A stretch of 16,514 nucleotides of DNA, taken from IMG/VR virus record IMGVR_UViG_2681813234_000010, positions 1-16,514 of that record; one strand, written 5' to 3'. Both the position numbers and the translations under genes were made by a program. This document shows positions 6,839-16,514 of this stretch, piece after piece (within the stretch, counting starts at the first letter, position 1; the number at the start of each line of letters is the position of its first letter). The notes below the pieces were generated by a model that saw only the letters and a program-made list of their open reading frames with translations, was not told the origin of the DNA and made no database searches. Source of the stretch: a virus. Its lineage: Duplodnaviria; Heunggongvirae; Uroviricota; Caudoviricetes.

Positions 6839-7630
6839 ATGGATTTATCACAATTGAGCAACGTCGAATTGATGCAACTGAATCAGTTGACGCTTGATGA
6901 GTTAGAACGACGAGAGGTTATCAGAACCAGAAACAATCCTATCAGTGAGTACACTGAATGGCTGGTTGCGGATAAGATGCAGATGGTACTGGCTGCACCT
7001 AGTACTAAAGGGTATGACGCTACAACAACTGATGATCGAAAAATTCAGATTAAGTCTCGTAAGAATAATTTAAAAAACCAATCATTAATTCTTGGAATTA
7101 TCAGAAATTATGATCTGAACCAATTCGATGAACTCATTGCCGTAATATATAACCATGATTTCTCAATTCGTTATGCCATATCCATACCACATGAATTAGT
7201 GAAGGAATATGGTTTTTATAATGAGCATCAGAATGGGTACACTTTAAGAATAAGCAATTTATTACTTAATGATCCACGTGTAACAGATATCATTGAATTT
7301 ATTGACCCAGACACTGAACGTTCAAAGGAAGATATCACGGTGAAGCCAGATTCAAACACTATCCGGGATGTACAGACAATAGGAATGCAGACGTTTGTTG
7401 AGTACTATCAGTATGTTGAAAGTGGTATGAACACAACTGATCTTGTTGAAAAGATGGTAACTGACCATCCAGAATGGAAGGAAAGTACTGCAAGAACAAA
7501 GGCATCTTCAATGCGAAGAGTATTTAAGAATTGCGACAACGTTGAAGCACTAAAAATCATCTATAAGTCGGATCACCCAGCAATAACGGATGAGATTAAG
7601 AGTAAACTTATGACGCTTTGGGATAAATGA
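6839..7630 (+). CDS. Hypothetical protein with a PD-(D/E)xK-like (Hjc/restriction-endonuclease-fold) motif
   Basis: ATG at 6839 directly abuts the TAA of the HNH gene (TAAATG). EWLVADKMQMVLAAPSTKGYDATTTDDRKIQIKSRK fits an E ... D ... (E/Q)xK nuclease-core pattern. The fold assignment is tentative. Confidence 0.5.
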   Translation: MDLSQLSNVELMQLNQLTLDELERREVIRTRNNPISEYTEWLVADKMQMVLAAPSTKGYDATTTDDRKIQIKSRKNNLKNQSLILGIIRNYDLNQFDELIAVIYNHDFSIRYAISIPHELVKEYGFYNEHQNGYTLRISNLLLNDPRVTDIIEFIDPDTERSKEDITVKPDSNTIRDVQTIGMQTFVEYYQYVESGMNTTDLVEKMVTDHPEWKESTARTKASSMRRVFKNCDNVEALKIIYKSDHPAITDEIKSKLMTLWDK

Positions 7631-7729
7631 ACAAAGTTTTGGTTATATTTTTGACGCAAAAAGATATAATTGTAGTACTTCCACCTTTCGCATTTGGGTA
7701 GGTTTGTTTGGGCGATTGGTGGAAGTGTA

Positions 7730-8041
7730 TCAAAACGGTAATTCTCCCTGCTCACAAAACCATCCATCTTCATCATGCTGCTTATAGACAGAATTCTCAG
7801 TACTCAGATAATGCAAACCTTCCAGTACTGAACTTAGCGGCGTTTCCAGTATGAACACGAAGCAATCACGCTCAATCGTGCCTAACCAGTATGTACCTTG
7901 CTGGTTCTGGAAGAAAACGCGATCCCCATATGAAAACTCATCAAGACTGTATCCCCAATAGCAGACCTTAGCCCATTGGCCTAAATGCTCAAACTGCTGC
8001 ACCCCGCGTTTGATTGCCAGATCAAAACCGTTCTTGCCCAT
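7730..8041 (-). CDS. Hypothetical protein (103 aa) in a GC-richer island
   Basis: ORF with ATG at 8041. Its composition matches the surrounding GC-rich segment rather than the AT-rich backbone. No family motif recognised. Confidence 0.4.
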   Translation of the reverse strand: MGKNGFDLAIKRGVQQFEHLGQWAKVCYWGYSLDEFSYGDRVFFQNQQGTYWLGTIERDCFVFILETPLSSVLEGLHYLSTENSVYKQHDEDGWFCEQGELPF

Positions 8042-8146
8042 ACTATGCCTCTACATTAATACTGGTTATTCATACAGTATTGCATCACATTTCGCACAGA
8101 TCCAGCCATGAAAATACTTACCACTAAAAACGGTAGAAATGTAATT

Positions 8147-8216
8147 ATCGATCATTTTAATTTGATCAATGGTTAAAAATGATCAATTATCAATCAGTTA
8201 TGACAACTGAGAGATC
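8147..8216. promoter_or_regulatory. GATC-rich divergent intergenic region with a repeated TGATCAAT motif
   Basis: Four GATC sites in about 67 bp (8150, 8164, 8181, 8213). TGATCAAT occurs twice (8163-8170 and 8180-8187). The region lies between the divergently oriented 7730-8041 ORF and the EAL-like ORF. Confidence 0.4.
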
Positions 8217-8219
8217 AAC

Positions 8220-8729
8220 ATGAAACTCGAACATTGGGCAATTCCGATCACTTCATTGGACGGTATGTTACTCGGCGTAGAGCTGTAAACCCGTGTACTG
8301 ATAAACGGTTGCCAGGTACTGATGGGGGCAGGAAAAGAAAGTGAATATATCCGTCACGTGGTCTATCAGAACCAGTTAAGAATGATTCAGGGTAAAGCCG
8401 CATGGTTCAAAGAAAAGGGGCTGTTGTGCGTGCTCAGTACTGGCACAGGTACACGCTATGAAGATCTACCATTCATACGGTACATGGCTGCTGAACCACT
8501 GCTAACGAACGGTTACGACTTAGTTCGACTAAATAGACGGTTCACTGAAGAACACATAGAGCGGCTGATCTTCCCGGTACTCATCAATAACATCATGCAG
8601 TACTGCGACAAGGTGATCGTACAAGTCAGCAGCAATCGAAATCACAGGATTTTACGAGAGTCGGGGGTATGGGCAGTACAGGGAGAGTACAGGCCAATCC
8701 GCTTTGAACAATGCGAACAACTTCTATAG
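8220..8729 (+). pseudogene. EAL-like (possibly YdiV-type degenerate EAL) ORF interrupted by a single in-frame TAA
   Basis: ATG at 8220 opens MKLEHWAIPITSLDGMLLGVEL, then TAA at 8286-8288, and the same frame continues open to 8729 (170 codons in total). The N-terminal xPIxxxxGxxxGVEL and C-terminal WAVQGEY patterns resemble EAL-domain ends. The family assignment is tentative. Confidence 0.35.
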
Positions 8730-8739
8730 GGATATAACA

Positions 8740-9012
8740 ATGAAAATACTAATCGTCATGTTGGTAGTACTGCTCACAGGCTGCGGCAGCGTACATCACT
8801 CATTCATGGATAAAGCCTTTGTCGGCAACGTTGATAACAAGGCTACAATAGTACTGTTCGACGCTGGCACACGAAACGGGGTGAAGTACTACCGGCCTCA
8901 GTTCCAGAGTGATTGTGGCCGCACCTACAATCCGATTTACCAGGTGGACAATGGCAGTACTACATGCCATATACGAGAGGAAAGAATTAAAAAAATGCAT
9001 CAATATAGATAA
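8740..9012 (+). CDS. Small lipoprotein (90 aa)
   Basis: ATG at 8740 with AGGGA 8 nt upstream. The N-terminus MKILIVMLVVLLTGCGS has a hydrophobic signal peptide and the lipobox L-T-G-C. It starts 11 nt after the EAL-like ORF stop. Confidence 0.55.
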   Translation: MKILIVMLVVLLTGCGSVHHSFMDKAFVGNVDNKATIVLFDAGTRNGVKYYRPQFQSDCGRTYNPIYQVDNGSTTCHIREERIKKMHQYR

Positions 9013-9092
9013 TAAACAAAAATCAAAGAGATAGAATTATTAAATTATTAAGTGTATGTGGCATGATGAAAAATTAAATAATATATAATACC

Positions 9093-9122
9093 CTCATGCT
9101 GTTATTGATAAAACAGCATGAG
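9093..9122. terminator. Bidirectional hairpin terminator between convergent genes
   Basis: Perfect 11-bp stem CTCATGCTGTT (9093-9103) / AACAGCATGAG (9112-9122) with an 8-nt loop and A/T-rich flanks on both sides. It sits between the lipoprotein gene (+) and the DUF3800 gene (-). Confidence 0.55.
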
Positions 9123-9132
9123 AATATATATT

Positions 9133-10287
9133 TCAACGTAGCATGGCTAATGTTCTGGAAATTCTTATTATATCCTTCTCAATATCATCTAAAACAGGAG
9201 TTGAGTTTCTGCTTCGCTCTGCAATTTCTTGCAAAATATATCTATTTAAATGGTTGTTAACATTTTTAGGGTCAAGGTTTTCTGGTGTGGGAACAACACA
9301 GCACTGCCAATAAAAAATCTCATCTTCAAAATGATTTAGCCATTTAGAATGATATTTTTCTTTCGATTTTTTCTTGTTAAGGACATAAATGCTAGCCGCA
9401 GCTACCACATCCGCAATTTGTATACCATGCGTGACTTTAGAATCAGAAAGAATCATTGGCTCAGATAGCTTAAATGTGATCGGGATTTTTTTATCATGAA
9501 AAGTCTCGAACACAATCTCATCATTGCCTATCATCTCATTGAATGAGTCCTGATGAGTAATTAATGGTTTTGAGCTGTCGCATATAGCTCTCAATGTACC
9601 AAACTTACTACTCATATCGCACAGGAGATTATAAAGAGAAGTCGTTGTCAAATCTAATAACCACTTATCAATCCCAGTACCCTCAAGGCCTTCATATTCT
9701 TCTTCAATTATAGAGATGTTATTCTTGGCGAAATCATGAATGTCCATCATAATTTCAGAATTTTTAGAACCAACAACTGGTTCGATAAAACTATTAACCA
9801 ATATTTTACCTCGTGAAAAATCTTCAAATCGCGAATGTAATAGTTCTGAATATTCATCCTTAGCTATTAAAGAAAAATACATTATATTTGAGATGAATAG
9901 GTGAAATTTAAGGTTGTAAAAAATTGAGCTTTTAGCTGCTAATACTGGCTCAAAAATATATTCGAAGAATTTTCCTGAGAGGGCATATTTTTTTTCGTTT
10001 ACAACCACACGCATACGACCACGGAAATGATTAAGTATTTCATCTACGGCTGGTTGAAATCTCTTGCTATTTACGAGAGTGCTACCTTTTAGCTCTTCGG
10101 CTGCGATCGAGTACTTGTTTATTATATAATCAACAAACTGTTTACTTTCCTCATCATCAGTCACGACTGCTGCGTAACTAAAAAAAGGCTGATCTTTTGA
10201 AAGTAAGTTATTACCAGTGAATCCTGATTCATCGAAATATACATTCTTTACCAATTTGGTCATTCCTTTATGAGCTACAATGTGCAT
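9133..10287 (-). CDS. DUF3800-family protein
   Basis: The N-terminal VYFDESGFTG and C-terminal GIQIADVVAAA match the two conserved DUF3800 signature motifs. The start is uncertain: ATG at 10287, ATG at 10263 or TTG at 10254. None has an ideal ribosome-binding site. Confidence 0.6.
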   Translation of the reverse strand: MHIVAHKGMTKLVKNVYFDESGFTGNNLLSKDQPFFSYAAVVTDDEESKQFVDYIINKYSIAAEELKGSTLVNSKRFQPAVDEILNHFRGRMRVVVNEKKYALSGKFFEYIFEPVLAAKSSIFYNLKFHLFISNIMYFSLIAKDEYSELLHSRFEDFSRGKILVNSFIEPVVGSKNSEIMMDIHDFAKNNISIIEEEYEGLEGTGIDKWLLDLTTTSLYNLLCDMSSKFGTLRAICDSSKPLITHQDSFNEMIGNDEIVFETFHDKKIPITFKLSEPMILSDSKVTHGIQIADVVAAASIYVLNKKKSKEKYHSKWLNHFEDEIFYWQCCVVPTPENLDPKNVNNHLNRYILQEIAERSRNSTPVLDDIEKDIIRISRTLAMLR

Positions 10288-10466
10288 GTGCTATTAATAT
10301 AACATTGTAATAATGCTAATGTAAAATAGAATGTAAGTATTTTTAAGCAAGCTAATTAAGTTAAATTACTAATTAAGGTACTCCGGCAGCCCAGCTTAGA
10401 ACGCGAGTTTTCGGCACCGGATTCTTTAAGTTATGTGTGAAGTTTAGATAGCTTCCCGCACCGCAC

Positions 10467-11030
10467 TTAGCAAAGTACAACACCTATTTCATTTAACGCA
10501 CAATCGCAATGACGGTTTGTCGGACATTCGCATAATTTGAATACTGCATAAGATCCTTTAAGGGTATCGGTTACATACTTGTCCATTTCTTCAACTACAG
10601 ATGATGAGCAATATAAATGAAAACCAACACAGAAAGAATTTCGCATCGGATACTTACATTCTTGTATAGAGTTGAGTTTCAAATGGTCTGCTTGCAATCC
10701 TCTTTTTAAGGCAGATGAACGCTTAGTACATTTCAGCTCAATAAAGATATAGTCTTCAAAAAGGGTATCTTTTTCTCTCATTATTATATCGATTTTTGAG
10801 AGCTTGCTTGCAGGGAAATTATTAGGGTCAAGAAAAGCTGTAACTTCACGTTTAACTTCATATTTTCTTTTTTTGTTAAGGAAGTGCTCAAATTCAATTT
10901 GTAGCCATTTTTCCCAATCATTAGTTTCATTACTGACGAAGGAATACAGACGCCTCTTTATATCTTCATTCTTTAGGAAGCTATTCAGTAACTTTACCAG
11001 TAAAGAAAAATCATTGTTGCGGTCTGACAT
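10467..11030 (-). CDS. Hypothetical Cys-rich protein with a possible PD-(D/E)xK-like core
   Basis: ORF of 187 aa. KIDIIMREKDTLFEDYIFIELKCTK fits a D ... ExK pattern. The C-terminus contains a Cys/His cluster (CVGFHLYC ... CEC ... HCDC), suggesting metal binding. Confidence 0.5.
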   Translation of the reverse strand: MSDRNNDFSLLVKLLNSFLKNEDIKRRLYSFVSNETNDWEKWLQIEFEHFLNKKRKYEVKREVTAFLDPNNFPASKLSKIDIIMREKDTLFEDYIFIELKCTKRSSALKRGLQADHLKLNSIQECKYPMRNSFCVGFHLYCSSSVVEEMDKYVTDTLKGSYAVFKLCECPTNRHCDCALNEIGVVLC

Positions 11031-11044
11031 AGTGATCTCAATAA

Positions 11045-13412
<2,368 letters not shown>

Positions 13413-13415
13413 TAA

Positions 13416-16514
<3,099 letters not shown>

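Noticed and set aside
7573-7776. Minus-strand ORF 7573-7776 (67 aa)
   Set aside because: It overlaps the 3' end of the 6839-7630 gene and the 3' end of the 7730-8041 gene, and has no start-site support.
8800-9003. Minus-strand ORF 8800-9003
   Set aside because: It is antisense to the lipoprotein gene, which has a signal peptide and lipobox.
10381-10430. GC-rich segment in the 10288-10466 intergenic region as a terminator or small RNA
   Set aside because: Only short CCGG palindromes are present, without a clean stem-loop plus U-tract. The evidence is insufficient to call a feature.

Overview
AT-rich phage or prophage DNA with three parts. (1) Left edge: the C-terminal ~410 codons of a large serine integrase, followed by a terminator and a strong sigma70-like promoter. 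(2) A ~10 kb accessory block (about 1.5-11.0 kb) of small regulators and an unusual density of nuclease-like genes: an HNH/AP2 protein, a two-gene minus-strand operon (2-TM membrane protein + GIY-YIG nuclease), a translationally coupled Zn-finger HNH + PD-(D/E)xK-like pair, a DUF3800 protein and a Cys-rich PD-(D/E)xK-like protein. It also holds a 734-bp repeat-rich noncoding region and a GC-richer island with an EAL-like ORF interrupted by one in-frame stop plus a lipoprotein. (3) Right side: a lambda-like packaging/head module (Nu1-like TerS, gpA-like TerL, a small protein, gpB-like portal, and an HK97-type prohead protease ORF that runs off the window and is missing from the ORF track). No rRNA, tRNA or CRISPR array was found. 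The best candidates for an undescribed system are the membrane + GIY-YIG operon (4404-5877) and the HNH + PD-(D/E)xK cassette (6110-7630). Two further observations stand out: a 51-bp palindromic site flanked by 16-bp direct repeats (4123-4246, candidate attP or origin), and roughly 8-fold over-representation of the palindrome AGTACT across the window. All protein calls rest on motifs read by eye from the translations; no database search was run.
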